A stretch of 64,000 bases of DNA, taken from contig DATFJY010000284.1 of NCBI GenBank assembly GCA_035268905.1, forward strand, positions 1,718-65,717, read 5' to 3'. Position numbers and translations under genes: made by a program. The DNA comes from Desulfotignum sp. (GTDB taxonomy: Bacteria > Desulfobacterota > Desulfobacteria > Desulfobacterales > Desulfobacteraceae). Below the pieces are notes generated by a model. The model made no database searches, was not told where the DNA came from, and was given only the letters and a program-made list of their open reading frames with translations. This document shows positions 10,476-20,139 of this stretch, in pieces (the first letter of the stretch is position 1; each line of letters starts with the position of its first letter).

Positions 10476-12065
10476 ATGCGCATCACGGAAATACTGGCAG
10501 AAAACAGCAGGCTGTACAGGGATGAAATTGCACTGGTGGAGCGGATACCTGCCAGTGACACCAGAAGAGAACTGACCTGGCACCAGTTTTACACCAGTGC
10601 CTGCAAACTGGCCAACGGCCTTCACCACAGCGGCATCAAAAAATCAGATACCGTGGTGCAGCTCATGACCAACAGCATAGAATGGCTGCCCATCTATTTT
10701 GGCATCCTGTATACCGGTGCCTGGGCAGTGCCCTTGAACTTCCGGTTTGAATCAGACAAAATCCTTTTGTGCGCAAACACCGCAGCACCCAAAGCCTTTA
10801 TATTTGGAGAAGAATTTATTGAGCGCATTGAAGCCATTCGCAGTGCCCTGGCATCCAGTGTGCGCCTGTGGATTTTTACCGGACCCAGAGAATCCTGTCC
10901 GGAATGGGCATATCTTTTTGATGACTTTGTCCAGGAGCAGCAGGGCCATCTGCCGCCGGATGTTCCCATGGCAAATGACGATGATGCCGCGCTGTATTTC
11001 ACCTCCGGCACCACCGGCACCCCCAAGGCGGTACTGCTCACCCACAAAAATCTGACCCAAGCCTGTGAAGTGGAAAACAGCCACCATTGCCAGACCCATG
11101 ATGATATCTTTTTGTGCATACCGCCGTTGTATCACACCGGCGCCAAGATGCACTGGATGGGCTCTTTTCTGGTAGGGGGCAGGTGTATCCTGCTAAAAGG
11201 GGTCAAACCGGAATGGATTTTTGAAGCGGTTTCTGAAGAACGCTGCACCATTGCCTGGCTTCTGGTTCCCTGGGCCCACGATATTCTCATTGCCATAGAA
11301 AACAAGACCCTTGATCTGTCGCACTATCACCTGGACCAGTGGCGGCTGATGCATTCCGGGGCCCAACCCGTTCCCCCCAGCCTTGTCAAAAGATGGCAAA
11401 CATACTTTCCAGGTCAGGGGTATGACACCAACTACGGACTTACCGAATCCACCGGACCGGGCTGTATCCACCTGGGGCTTGAAAACAGCCAACACATCGG
11501 TCCCATAGGCAAAGCAGGCCACGGGTGGGAGGCCAAAATTGTGGACAAGCAGGGCAACCACCTGTTCGGCAACGAAACCGGAGAATTGATTGTGCGGGGC
11601 CCGGGGGTGATGAAAGCCTATTACAAAAATCCCGAGGCCACCGAAAAAACCCTTCACAACGGGTGGCTGCGCACCGGTGATCTGGCCCGGTATGACAAGA
11701 ACGGATTCATCTGGCTGGTGGACCGGAAAAAGGACATGATTATCTACGGGGGGGAAAATATCTACCCCAATGAAATAGAAAATTTCTTTCTGGACCACGA
11801 AAAAATAAAGGATATCGCTGTTATCGGCGTGCCGGATGAGCGCTTAGGGGAGATTCCTGCAGGTATCATCAGCGTCAAACCGGATTGCATGATCTGTGAG
11901 AGCGACATTCAAAACTTCCAACAGGCACTGCCCCGGTACAAACGCCTGAAAAAAATTTTTTTCGGGGATGTGCCCCGCAATCCCACCGGAAAAATTGAAA
12001 AACCCAAGCTGCGGCGCCTGTATGCACAAGACAAGCGAAAAGACCTGGAGAAACTGCTGCGGTAA
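10476..12065 (+). CDS. Class I adenylate-forming enzyme (acyl-CoA synthetase family), substrate unknown
   Basis: YFTSGTTGTPKAV, YGLTES, RTGDLA, PRNPTGKI. Confidence 0.9.
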   Translation: MRITEILAENSRLYRDEIALVERIPASDTRRELTWHQFYTSACKLANGLHHSGIKKSDTVVQLMTNSIEWLPIYFGILYTGAWAVPLNFRFESDKILLCANTAAPKAFIFGEEFIERIEAIRSALASSVRLWIFTGPRESCPEWAYLFDDFVQEQQGHLPPDVPMANDDDAALYFTSGTTGTPKAVLLTHKNLTQACEVENSHHCQTHDDIFLCIPPLYHTGAKMHWMGSFLVGGRCILLKGVKPEWIFEAVSEERCTIAWLLVPWAHDILIAIENKTLDLSHYHLDQWRLMHSGAQPVPPSLVKRWQTYFPGQGYDTNYGLTESTGPGCIHLGLENSQHIGPIGKAGHGWEAKIVDKQGNHLFGNETGELIVRGPGVMKAYYKNPEATEKTLHNGWLRTGDLARYDKNGFIWLVDRKKDMIIYGGENIYPNEIENFFLDHEKIKDIAVIGVPDERLGEIPAGIISVKPDCMICESDIQNFQQALPRYKRLKKIFFGDVPRNPTGKIEKPKLRRLYAQDKRKDLEKLLR

Positions 12066-12082
12066 ACCATAAGGAAAATGGT

Positions 12083-12733
12083 ATGAAATTCATGAACCCC
12101 TTTCTTATCATCGCTCTGGTTTTCTGCTGGGCCTTTCCCGGAAATGCTGCAGATACCAGTGGCCTTGCACAGGCCATCCTGGACGGCATTGAAGACCGGT
12201 ATGCCGGCAAAAGCTTTTCTGCCGATTTTTTTCAGACATCCACCCTGTCTGCCCTGGATATTAAAGAAACCGCTTCGGGCAGGGCCTTGTTCAGTCACCC
12301 CGGCAAAATGAAATGGCAGTACCTGTCTCCGGAACGTCACGATATTATCACCAACGGGACAAATCTGTGGATTTTCAGACCCGAAGAAAACCAGGTCATG
12401 CGGGGGAATGCAGCCCGGTTTTTCCAATCCGGTGCAGGGGGTGCTTTTTTATCTGATATCTCCCTGATTCGAAAAAATTATACCGTATCTGTAAAAAACG
12501 CAGCCGATGAATGGGTGGAACTGCTTTTGGAGGACATGTCTGATAATCCCGACATCCAGCGCATCATCATCCGGGTATCCCGTAACCGGTTTCTTATCTC
12601 CACCGTCACCACAAAAAATGCTTTCGGCGATACCACCCGCTTTGTATTCACTGATATACGCTTCCGGAACATACCGGATGACCGGTTTGAATTCACCATC
12701 CCGTCCGGGGTGAATATGCTTGACATGGAATAA
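12083..12733 (+). CDS. lolA: Outer-membrane lipoprotein carrier LolA family
   Basis: Signal peptide; SADFFQT...PGKMKWQY..P.....I.NG.NLW pattern. Confidence 0.8.
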   Translation: MKFMNPFLIIALVFCWAFPGNAADTSGLAQAILDGIEDRYAGKSFSADFFQTSTLSALDIKETASGRALFSHPGKMKWQYLSPERHDIITNGTNLWIFRPEENQVMRGNAARFFQSGAGGAFLSDISLIRKNYTVSVKNAADEWVELLLEDMSDNPDIQRIIIRVSRNRFLISTVTTKNAFGDTTRFVFTDIRFRNIPDDRFEFTIPSGVNMLDME

Positions 12734-12756
12734 ACAAAACATAGGAAAGGACTGTT

Positions 12757-13653
12757 GTGATGAAAGAGGCTATCCAGGCGCTGGCACGCAAAAAGAACGC
12801 CATTATTCTGGCCCACAATTACCAGCCCCCTGAAATCCAGGATATTGCAGATCTGTGCGGTGATTCTCTGGAACTGAGCATCAGGGCCGCAGAAACTGCT
12901 GCCGATATCATTGTGTTCTGCGGTGTCCAGTTCATGGCAGAAACCGCATCCATCCTCTGTCCGGAAAAGACCGTACTGCTGCCCTGCCCGGATGCCGGAT
13001 GCCCCATGGCGGACATGGTGGACCCGGCCGCCCTGACCGCCCGGAAAAAAGCCTTAGGTGATATCCCGGTGGTGACCTATGTCAACTCTTCGGCCGCTGT
13101 CAAGGCGGTATCCGATATCTGCTGCACCTCGGCCAACGTAATCCAGGTGGTCAATGCCCTTAAGGCGGATGCGGTGCTCATGACCCCGGATAAAAACCTG
13201 GCCCAATATGCAGCCGGCCATACGGACAAAAAAATTCATCTGTGGGAAGGGTACTGCCCATTTCACAACAATCTGACCGAAGCGGATGTAAAGGCTGCCA
13301 GACAGGCCCATCCAGAGGCCTTGTTCATGGCCCATCCGGAATGTCCGCCAGCGGTTCTGGCCATGGCCGACACCATCCAGTCCACTTCCGGCATGATCCA
13401 GTATGCCAGAACCAGCCCCCTTCGCCAGTTCATTCTGGGAACGGAAAACGGCCTGCTGTATCCCATTTCAAAAGCCAACCCGGACAAGCAGTTTTTTGCT
13501 GCATCCCCCAAAATGGTGTGCCCTGACATGAAAAAAATCAGCCTGGCAGATGTCAAACACAGTCTAAAAACCCTGACAGATGAGGTCCGGGTACCGGAAG
13601 ATACCAGGAAAAATGCATTGGGTGCGGTACAAAAAATGATTGATCTGGCCTGA
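12757..13653 (+). CDS. nadA: Quinolinate synthase A
   Basis: LAHNYQ, VFCGVQFMAE, AGCPMAD, YVNSSA, AHPEC, CPDMK. Confidence 0.96.
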   Translation: MMKEAIQALARKKNAIILAHNYQPPEIQDIADLCGDSLELSIRAAETAADIIVFCGVQFMAETASILCPEKTVLLPCPDAGCPMADMVDPAALTARKKALGDIPVVTYVNSSAAVKAVSDICCTSANVIQVVNALKADAVLMTPDKNLAQYAAGHTDKKIHLWEGYCPFHNNLTEADVKAARQAHPEALFMAHPECPPAVLAMADTIQSTSGMIQYARTSPLRQFILGTENGLLYPISKANPDKQFFAASPKMVCPDMKKISLADVKHSLKTLTDEVRVPEDTRKNALGAVQKMIDLA

Positions 13654-13657
13654 TGGC

Positions 13658-13690
13658 AAAAGGCCGGCATCATTCAGATACCGGCCTTTT
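13658..13690. terminator. Bidirectional terminator between nadA and yebC
   Basis: AAAAGGCCGG...CCGGCCTTTT between convergent genes. Confidence 0.8.
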
Positions 13691-13742
13691 GGCAATGGCT
13701 GCAGCATAATAAGCCTGCAGCAGAAATGGGGCACAGCAACAA

Positions 13743-14486
13743 TCACATACCTTCAAATGCCTCATCCGGTATATCGGCATTGGTATAAAATTTTTGCACA
13801 TCATCGCAATCATCTAAGGCATCCATGAACCGGATCATCTGTTCCGCTTCTTTGCCGGTGACTTCTGTCATGGTCTGGGGAAGCATGGTGATTTCCGCCA
13901 TCTGGCATGCAATGCCGGCCTTGTCAACAGCCTTTTGCACCGCTTCAAATTCCGCCGGTTCAGTGATCACTTCAAACATATCCCCTTCATCTCTGATATC
14001 CTCGGCACCGGCATCCAATGCCGCCTCCATAAGGATGTCCTCATCCACGGCATCCTTTTCCACAGCGATGAGGCCTTTTTTGTCAAACATCCAGGCCACA
14101 CACCCGTCCGTGCCCACATTGCCGCCGGCTTTGGAAAACATGTACCGGACATCGGCAATGGTACGGTTCCGGTTGTCGGTGAGGCACTCCACCAGCACGG
14201 CCACCCCGCCGGGCCCGTAGCCCTCATAGGTGATCTCCTCATAATTGACCCCCTCCAGTTCCCCTGTGCCCTTTTTAACGGCCCGTTCAAAATTCTCTTT
14301 GGGCATGTTCTGGGCCTTGGCTGCCGCAAGGGCCTGGCGCAGTCTGGGGTTTGCTTCCGCATCCCCACCGCCCATGCGGGCCGCCACCGTGATCTCTTTG
14401 ATCAGCTTGGTGAAGATCTTGCCCCGCTTTTTATCGGCCGCCCCTTTTTTATGTTTGATGGTCGACCATTTGCTGTGTCCTGACAT
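13743..14486 (-). CDS. yebC: YebC/PmpR family protein
   Basis: [23 protein letters not shown]. Confidence 0.96.
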   Translation of the reverse strand: MSGHSKWSTIKHKKGAADKKRGKIFTKLIKEITVAARMGGGDAEANPRLRQALAAAKAQNMPKENFERAVKKGTGELEGVNYEEITYEGYGPGGVAVLVECLTDNRNRTIADVRYMFSKAGGNVGTDGCVAWMFDKKGLIAVEKDAVDEDILMEAALDAGAEDIRDEGDMFEVITEPAEFEAVQKAVDKAGIACQMAEITMLPQTMTEVTGKEAEQMIRFMDALDDCDDVQKFYTNADIPDEAFEGM

Positions 14487-14497
14487 GGATACACTCC

Positions 14498-15139
14498 TTA
14501 CATTTGGCGTTTATTTTTGGCTATAATATATATTTCTTTGCTTTGTTTTCTGCAGCTTTCCGGTTTAAACATACGACAGCTGCCAAAGCGTTTTTTTACC
14601 TGTTTTTCAAAGCCTGCAAATTCATTGCCCTGAAAAATCTTGCACACAAAATGGCCGCCCATCCCCAGGCACTGTTCTGCCACATCCAGCGCCATTTCAC
14701 ACAATTCAAAGGAACGAAAGGCATCCACATCTTTTCGCCCTGTGGTGGCCGGCGCCATGTCCGACAGCACCACCCGGCAGCCGGATGCCTGTTGTAAAAA
14801 AGTATCATCCGCCATGAAAAGGATATCATCCTGGATCACCCTAACATTTGCCGGCAGACCGATATCCACCACTTTGATGTCAATGCCCAGCACCCGGCCT
14901 TCCGGACCTACCTGCCTGGATGCATACAACAGCCATGATCCCGGTGCACACCCCAGATCCAGGACCGTGTCTTTTTTTTTCATGATGGAAAATTTTTGCT
15001 GAATTTCTTCCAGTTTGTACACGGATCTGGCGGGATAGTTGTCTGCTTTGGCCTGCTGTGTCAGGTGATCCGCCCATTGCCGGCCTGATCTGCCGGCAGA
15101 CCGGCCGGCGGGTCTGCCGCTTTTTTTCCTAGCTGCCAA
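14498..15139 (-). CDS. rlmE: 23S rRNA 2'-O-methyltransferase RlmE/FtsJ
   Basis: [43 protein letters not shown]. Confidence 0.93.
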   Translation of the reverse strand: MAARKKSGRPAGRSAGRSGRQWADHLTQQAKADNYPARSVYKLEEIQQKFSIMKKKDTVLDLGCAPGSWLLYASRQVGPEGRVLGIDIKVVDIGLPANVRVIQDDILFMADDTFLQQASGCRVVLSDMAPATTGRKDVDAFRSFELCEMALDVAEQCLGMGGHFVCKIFQGNEFAGFEKQVKKRFGSCRMFKPESCRKQSKEIYIIAKNKRQM

Positions 15140-16496
15140 ACAATACCTCCATGGCTTCCTTTAAAAACCGGACACTTTCAATGGTCACACCGCGCACCTT
15201 TGACAATTGTTTCAACGCCGATGCCGGCACCAGGCAGGTGGTAAATCCCATCTTGGCAGCTTCCTTTATCCGGGCCTGGGCATGGCTGACCGCCCGGATC
15301 TCTCCTGTCAGGCCGATTTCTCCGATAAGGGTGGTTTCTTTGGGTACGGGTTTGTCCATGAAGCTGGCAGCCAGGGCCGCAGCAATGGCCAGATCCGCAG
15401 AAGGCTCCACGATCCTGACCCCGCCGGTCACATTCATGAACAGGTCCAGGCCGGACAGGTTCATGCCCAGGCGCTTTTCCATGACCGCCACAATCAGGGC
15501 CACCCGCTGTATGTCCAGACCCAGCACAGTGCGTCTGGGATTGCCCAGGCTGGAGGTGGACACCAGTCCCTGGATCTCCACCAGAATGGGACGGGTGCCT
15601 TCCATGCAGGCGGTGACCACCGATCCCGGGGCCACAGATGCCCGCTCAGACAAAAATACGGCAGAAGGATTGGGCACTTGTACCAGCCCTTTTTCCCGCA
15701 TTTCAAACACCCCGATCTCGTTGGTGGAGCCGAACCGGTTTTTCACGGCCCGCAATATGCGGAACACATGGCTTTTGTCCCCTTCAAAATACAATACCGT
15801 GTCCACCATATGCTCCATGATCCTGGGGCCGGCAATAGCCCCGACCTTGGTCACATGTCCCACCAGGAAAATAGGGGTCCCGGAGGTTTTTGCCAGGTGC
15901 ATGAACCGCATGGCCGCTTCCCGGATCTGGGTTACACTGCCCGGGGTGGCAGTGACATCTGTCTGGAAAACGGTTTGAATGGAATCGATGACCACGGCAT
16001 CATAAGTGGTTTTCTCCATCATGGCGGCAATGGCATCCAGATCGGTTTCCGATACAATAAACAGGGTGGAACAGGCCCCGCCGTCCAGCCGTTTCCCCCG
16101 CATGGAAAGCTGACGGATGGATTCTTCGCCGGAGACATACAGACAGGTTTTGCCGGACCCGGCCAGGGCGGTCAGCACCTGGAGCATGAGGGTGGATTTG
16201 CCGATGCCCGGATCACCGCCGATGAGCACCAGGGACCCGTCCACAATACCGCCGCCAAGGACCCGGTCAAATTCCGACATGCCGGTGTGTATCCGCAGGG
16301 ATTCGCCCCCGTCCACAGAATCCATGGGAACCGGTTTTGCCGCAAACAAGGCATGGGATTTTCCTTTGTGCCCGTCGGTCTGCCGTTCCTGGACCAGAGA
16401 ATCCCAGTCCCCGCAGTCCGGGCACCGGCCCATCCATTTAAAGGTCTGGCCCCCGCAGGTTTTGCAACGGAATATGGATTTTCCCTTGTTTTTCAT
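15129..16496 (-). CDS. radA: DNA repair protein RadA/Sms
   Basis: C4 Zn finger, GDPGIGKSTL, KNRFG motif, Lon-like C-terminus. Confidence 0.97.
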   Translation of the reverse strand: MKNKGKSIFRCKTCGGQTFKWMGRCPDCGDWDSLVQERQTDGHKGKSHALFAAKPVPMDSVDGGESLRIHTGMSEFDRVLGGGIVDGSLVLIGGDPGIGKSTLMLQVLTALAGSGKTCLYVSGEESIRQLSMRGKRLDGGACSTLFIVSETDLDAIAAMMEKTTYDAVVIDSIQTVFQTDVTATPGSVTQIREAAMRFMHLAKTSGTPIFLVGHVTKVGAIAGPRIMEHMVDTVLYFEGDKSHVFRILRAVKNRFGSTNEIGVFEMREKGLVQVPNPSAVFLSERASVAPGSVVTACMEGTRPILVEIQGLVSTSSLGNPRRTVLGLDIQRVALIVAVMEKRLGMNLSGLDLFMNVTGGVRIVEPSADLAIAAALAASFMDKPVPKETTLIGEIGLTGEIRAVSHAQARIKEAAKMGFTTCLVPASALKQLSKVRGVTIESVRFLKEAMEVLFGS

Positions 16497-16575
16497 GTAT
16501 CTGTTTTCCAATTGTTACCAAAATGTGCAAATATATCATACACCAGTGATTTGTATCAACATCAATTCTGATGTT

Positions 16576-16685
16576 CTGGATATTTGCCGCAAGCATACCA
16601 GAATTTCAGTCTTTCTGAGCAGCACCCCATCTCAGGATACCACCAGGGGCTTCATAGTGTGCACGCTCCTGTAACAAATATGCAG
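16576..16685. mobile_element. MITE, short form (copy A)
   Basis: TIRs CTGGATATTTG / CAAATATGCAG; 8-bp direct repeat CTGATGTT at 16568-16575 and 16686-16693; colinear with both ends of the 26575-26836 copy. Confidence 0.8.
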
Positions 16686-16761
16686 CTGATGTTTTGATTG
16701 ACAAAAAAGCGGTGCCCGATCTAATATGAAGATTTATACTTTTTATAAAATGGAGACATTC

Positions 16762-17130
16762 ATGAAATTTACCATTGATCACTTCAACATCAATGTCCTG
16801 GACCTGGAAAAAAGCCTTGCCTTTTATGAAAAAGCGCTGGGCCTTTATGAAGCCCGCCGCAAAACTGCAGATGACGGCAGCTATATTATTGTGTTTCTGG
16901 AAGACGGCACCAGTGCCAACAAACTGGAACTGACCTGGCTCAAGTCACAGGAAAAACCTTATGATCTGGGGGATGAGGAATTTCATATCGCCTTTACAAC
17001 CGATGATTTTGATGCGGCTTATGCCCTGCACAAAAAAATGAACTGCATCTGCTTTGAAAACAAGGATATGGGCATCTATTTTATCAACGACCCGGACGGG
17101 TACTGGCTGGAAATTGTGCCGGTGCGATAA
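16762..17130 (+). CDS. VOC/lactoylglutathione lyase family protein
   Basis: DHFNINVLDLEKSLAFY, LELTW, HIAF, YFINDPDGYWLEI; GGAG RBS. Confidence 0.9.
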   Translation: MKFTIDHFNINVLDLEKSLAFYEKALGLYEARRKTADDGSYIIVFLEDGTSANKLELTWLKSQEKPYDLGDEEFHIAFTTDDFDAAYALHKKMNCICFENKDMGIYFINDPDGYWLEIVPVR

Positions 17131-17158
17131 TGCAGCCTTCCTGAATGGTAAGGGTGGA

Positions 17159-18070
17159 TTAGCCTTTGGCAAAGAAGGCTTTCACTATGTGCCTGACCAT
17201 GGCTGGGTTTTCTTTGAGCCGCCGGGTGGAATAGCCGAACCAGTACTCTCCAAAGGGTACATAGACACGCAGTTTATGGCCTGCATCCACCAGTTCCTGC
17301 CGCTGTTTGGGGGTTACCCCGTAAAGCATCTGGAACTCATACCTGTCTTTGGGGACACCATAGGTTTTGATCAGATCCAGTGCACCCTGGATCAGGGGTT
17401 TGTCATGGGTGGCAATCCCCGGATAAATCCTGTTCTGGAACATAAATTCCAGGTCTTCCAGATAGTGGGCATTGATTTCATGATAATCTTTGTATGCGAT
17501 ATCAGGGGATTCCACATAAATACCCTTGCACAGTCTCAGATTCAAATCTGCCTCATCTGATGCAAGATCCAGCAGGGCCTCGATATCCGACCGGGTCCGT
17601 TTCAGGTACGCCTGGAGCACCAACCCGACATTCCGGGGATATTCCGCCTTTATCCGCCTGAAAATTTCGATAGTGTCATCCACTGTGGGAGAATTTTCCA
17701 TATCAATGCGGATAAAGTTGTCATAACCGGCAGCAGTTGCCACAATATCCCGCATGTATGCAAAACAGGTCTCCTTGTCCAGCAGCAGACCGAACATGGT
17801 CGGCTTGATGGAATAATTCCCGATAACCGCTGTTTCCTGTACGGTTTTGATAAGGTCAACGTACTGGTCACGGTTCTGTTTTGCCTGGTCCATATTTTCA
17901 ATGAACTCTCCCAGAATGTCCAGGGTGACCAGGGTATTTTTACGATTGAGAGCCAGGGAAGCATCAATGGCGGACTGGGTTGTTTCTCCGGCGATATAGT
18001 TTTTGGAAAACGGCCAGACCAGTTTCTGGGGCATGTGGGGAAGTATGTTGCTGATGAGTTTGTTTATCAT
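17159..18070 (-). CDS. Monofunctional proline dehydrogenase
   Basis: DILGE, SIKPT, RIDME, LQAYL, RLCKGIY, ATHD, FQMLYG, RVYVPFG...YSTRRLKE. Confidence 0.92.
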   Translation of the reverse strand: MINKLISNILPHMPQKLVWPFSKNYIAGETTQSAIDASLALNRKNTLVTLDILGEFIENMDQAKQNRDQYVDLIKTVQETAVIGNYSIKPTMFGLLLDKETCFAYMRDIVATAAGYDNFIRIDMENSPTVDDTIEIFRRIKAEYPRNVGLVLQAYLKRTRSDIEALLDLASDEADLNLRLCKGIYVESPDIAYKDYHEINAHYLEDLEFMFQNRIYPGIATHDKPLIQGALDLIKTYGVPKDRYEFQMLYGVTPKQRQELVDAGHKLRVYVPFGEYWFGYSTRRLKENPAMVRHIVKAFFAKG

Positions 18071-18107
18071 AAAAATTCCTCATATTTTCAATATGGACAT
18101 CTTAATA

Positions 18108-18122
18108 AATGGTTAAACCATT
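18108..18122. promoter_or_regulatory. FadR-subfamily GntR operator candidate
   Basis: Palindrome AATGGT-TAA-ACCATT; second partial copy ATGGTTTAAC at 18359-18368 over the -10 region following TTGACA (18340-18345). Confidence 0.65.
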
Positions 18123-18433
18123 GGAAGAAAAAATGCAAGGGTAAATTCCGTTTCCAGTAAAAATACCATACCCCCCTGTACTGCGCAACCAGCTGGTGCC
18201 TGAATGAGAGCAAAACCCTTTCAACGCAGAACCGCACCATAAAACCATAAACTGTGATTCCTGCGTGCAGCCGGTGGGCCAACCCGGTATCTATGAGCAG
18301 AAACCGGAAGAACCATTGCCCCGTGTAATCAATTCCCGGTTGACAGATGCAAGCCGGGATGGTTTAACACAGGGTAATCAATATAAATTTTTTTCCGCAT
18401 GGAACAATGCAAGCAAACCAGCAGGAATATTTT

Positions 18434-19141
18434 ATGTTCAAACGTGCCAAACAAAACCGGGTGTTTCAGGATGTGGTGGAACAGATTCAGGATGCCATTT
18501 TGACCAAAAAGCTGGCACCCGGCACCCGGCTGCCGGCGGAACGGGAACTCAAGGAGATGTTCAACACCAGCCGGGGCACCCTCAGGGAAGCCCTGCGGGT
18601 GCTGGAGCAGAAAGGGCTCATCGAGATCAAACTCGGGGTCTCTGGCGGGGCCATTGTCAAGCGCATCGATACAGATCCCATCATGGAATCTCTGGCATTG
18701 CTCATCCGCTCCGGAGAAGTGTCGCTGGGGCATTTATCAGAATTCCGCATCAAAATCGAGGGCAGTCTTGTGGAGCTGGCAACAGAACGGGCCACCCCTG
18801 AGGACATCCAGGAGATGGAACGGCTGTTTGAAAAGGCCAGGCATTGTTTTGAAAACCAGGACTGGGAAACCTTCTTAAAGACCGATGAAGCCATGCACAC
18901 CTTTATCGGGACCATGACCCGGAATCCGGTATTCCAGTTTGTCCAGAAAAGCATCCATGAAAATATCCACCGCTATTACCAGGATTATCTGCCCATGAAC
19001 CATGAGCGGACCCTGGAAAACCTCAACGATTTTGACAAGATCATAGCCGCCATGAAGGCAAAAGAGGGCACCACCGCATCTGCCATCATCACGGACCATG
19101 TCCGGCGGTTCCATGCCAAAATGACAGGGAAACAGCCATGA
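18434..19141 (+). CDS. GntR/FadR family transcriptional regulator
   Basis: wHTH LPAERELKEMFNTSRGTLREALRVL plus FCD domain. Confidence 0.93.
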   Translation: MFKRAKQNRVFQDVVEQIQDAILTKKLAPGTRLPAERELKEMFNTSRGTLREALRVLEQKGLIEIKLGVSGGAIVKRIDTDPIMESLALLIRSGEVSLGHLSEFRIKIEGSLVELATERATPEDIQEMERLFEKARHCFENQDWETFLKTDEAMHTFIGTMTRNPVFQFVQKSIHENIHRYYQDYLPMNHERTLENLNDFDKIIAAMKAKEGTTASAIITDHVRRFHAKMTGKQP

Positions 19142-19998
19142 AACCCGTTGCACAGACCCCGTCACCTCAGGATGCCGCCGCCCGCAAAGCGGTGAAGCCG
19201 GTGATCTGCTATCCCACAGACACCCTGCCGCTGCCGGACATGGCCATGATCACGGCAGCCAGGCATCCCCTTGAGATGAGCGAAAAAATCATCGTTCCTC
19301 CCAGGGATGCCCGCACCTTCACGGTGCCGGCCGGTCATTTTTTCCGGATTGTCAGTGTGGAAGGCCCACAGGTGGGGGATCTGAATCTCTGGGCTCGGCA
19401 GGATCTGTCAGAAAAATTTTACAGCGGCAAGACCCGGGCGCTGCACGGTACACACCTGGGGGTGGGGGACCGTTTGTGGAGCGGATTTCCCTGTCTGCGC
19501 CCCATGGCCACCATTTCATATGACACCCTGGACTGGTACGGGTTCGATGACTACGGCGGCGGGGTGCACGATGTCATCGGCACCAGGTGTGATCCTTATA
19601 CCGGCCGGCTTTTGGGCGGTGCAGACTACCATCACTGCTGCCACTCAAACCTGACCCGGGCCCTGGCAGCCGAAACAGGGTTGCCCCTTCTTGCGGCAGA
19701 AATGCATATACATGATGTGCTCAATGTGTTCATGTGCACGGGCTTTACCAAAGATACCCACCAGTATTTCATGAAGGCCAGCCCGGTGCGGCCGGGGGAT
19801 TTTCTGGAATTTTTTGCAGAGATCGATCTGCTGGGGGCCTTGTCCACCTGTCCGGGCGGGGACTGCAGCACAGAACATTCCAGTGATACAGCCGCCTGTT
19901 ATCCACTGGAAATCCAGATCTTTGCGCCGGAGCCTGAAACCCTTGCCGGATGGTCATCACCACAACCGTCTTCCTATTCCCGGAAGCATGGCCTGTAG
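19138..19998 (+). CDS. DUF1989 (urea-carboxylase-associated family) protein
   Basis: GPQVGDLNLW, HDVIGTRC, HCCHSNL, LNVFM, DFLEFFAEIDLLGALSTCP; ATGA overlap with gntR. Confidence 0.85.
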   Translation: MKPVAQTPSPQDAAARKAVKPVICYPTDTLPLPDMAMITAARHPLEMSEKIIVPPRDARTFTVPAGHFFRIVSVEGPQVGDLNLWARQDLSEKFYSGKTRALHGTHLGVGDRLWSGFPCLRPMATISYDTLDWYGFDDYGGGVHDVIGTRCDPYTGRLLGGADYHHCCHSNLTRALAAETGLPLLAAEMHIHDVLNVFMCTGFTKDTHQYFMKASPVRPGDFLEFFAEIDLLGALSTCPGGDCSTEHSSDTAACYPLEIQIFAPEPETLAGWSSPQPSSYSRKHGL

Positions 19999-20139
19999 CA
20001 TCCGGCATAACCCCAAGGCAACACTCATTGCAAACCCATTTTCAATGGTTTGGGCAACCGCCTGAACAATAGTGGACAATAGTATCTATCTGCGCTTTGG
20101 TGATAATCAGGACTTGGGTTGGCCGTTCTGGCGGACAGA

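Noticed and set aside
18130-18430. Guanidine-I (ykkC) riboswitch upstream of gntR-DUF1989
   Set aside because: The conserved 3' hairpin and tail motifs could not be found by eye; cmscan would be decisive.
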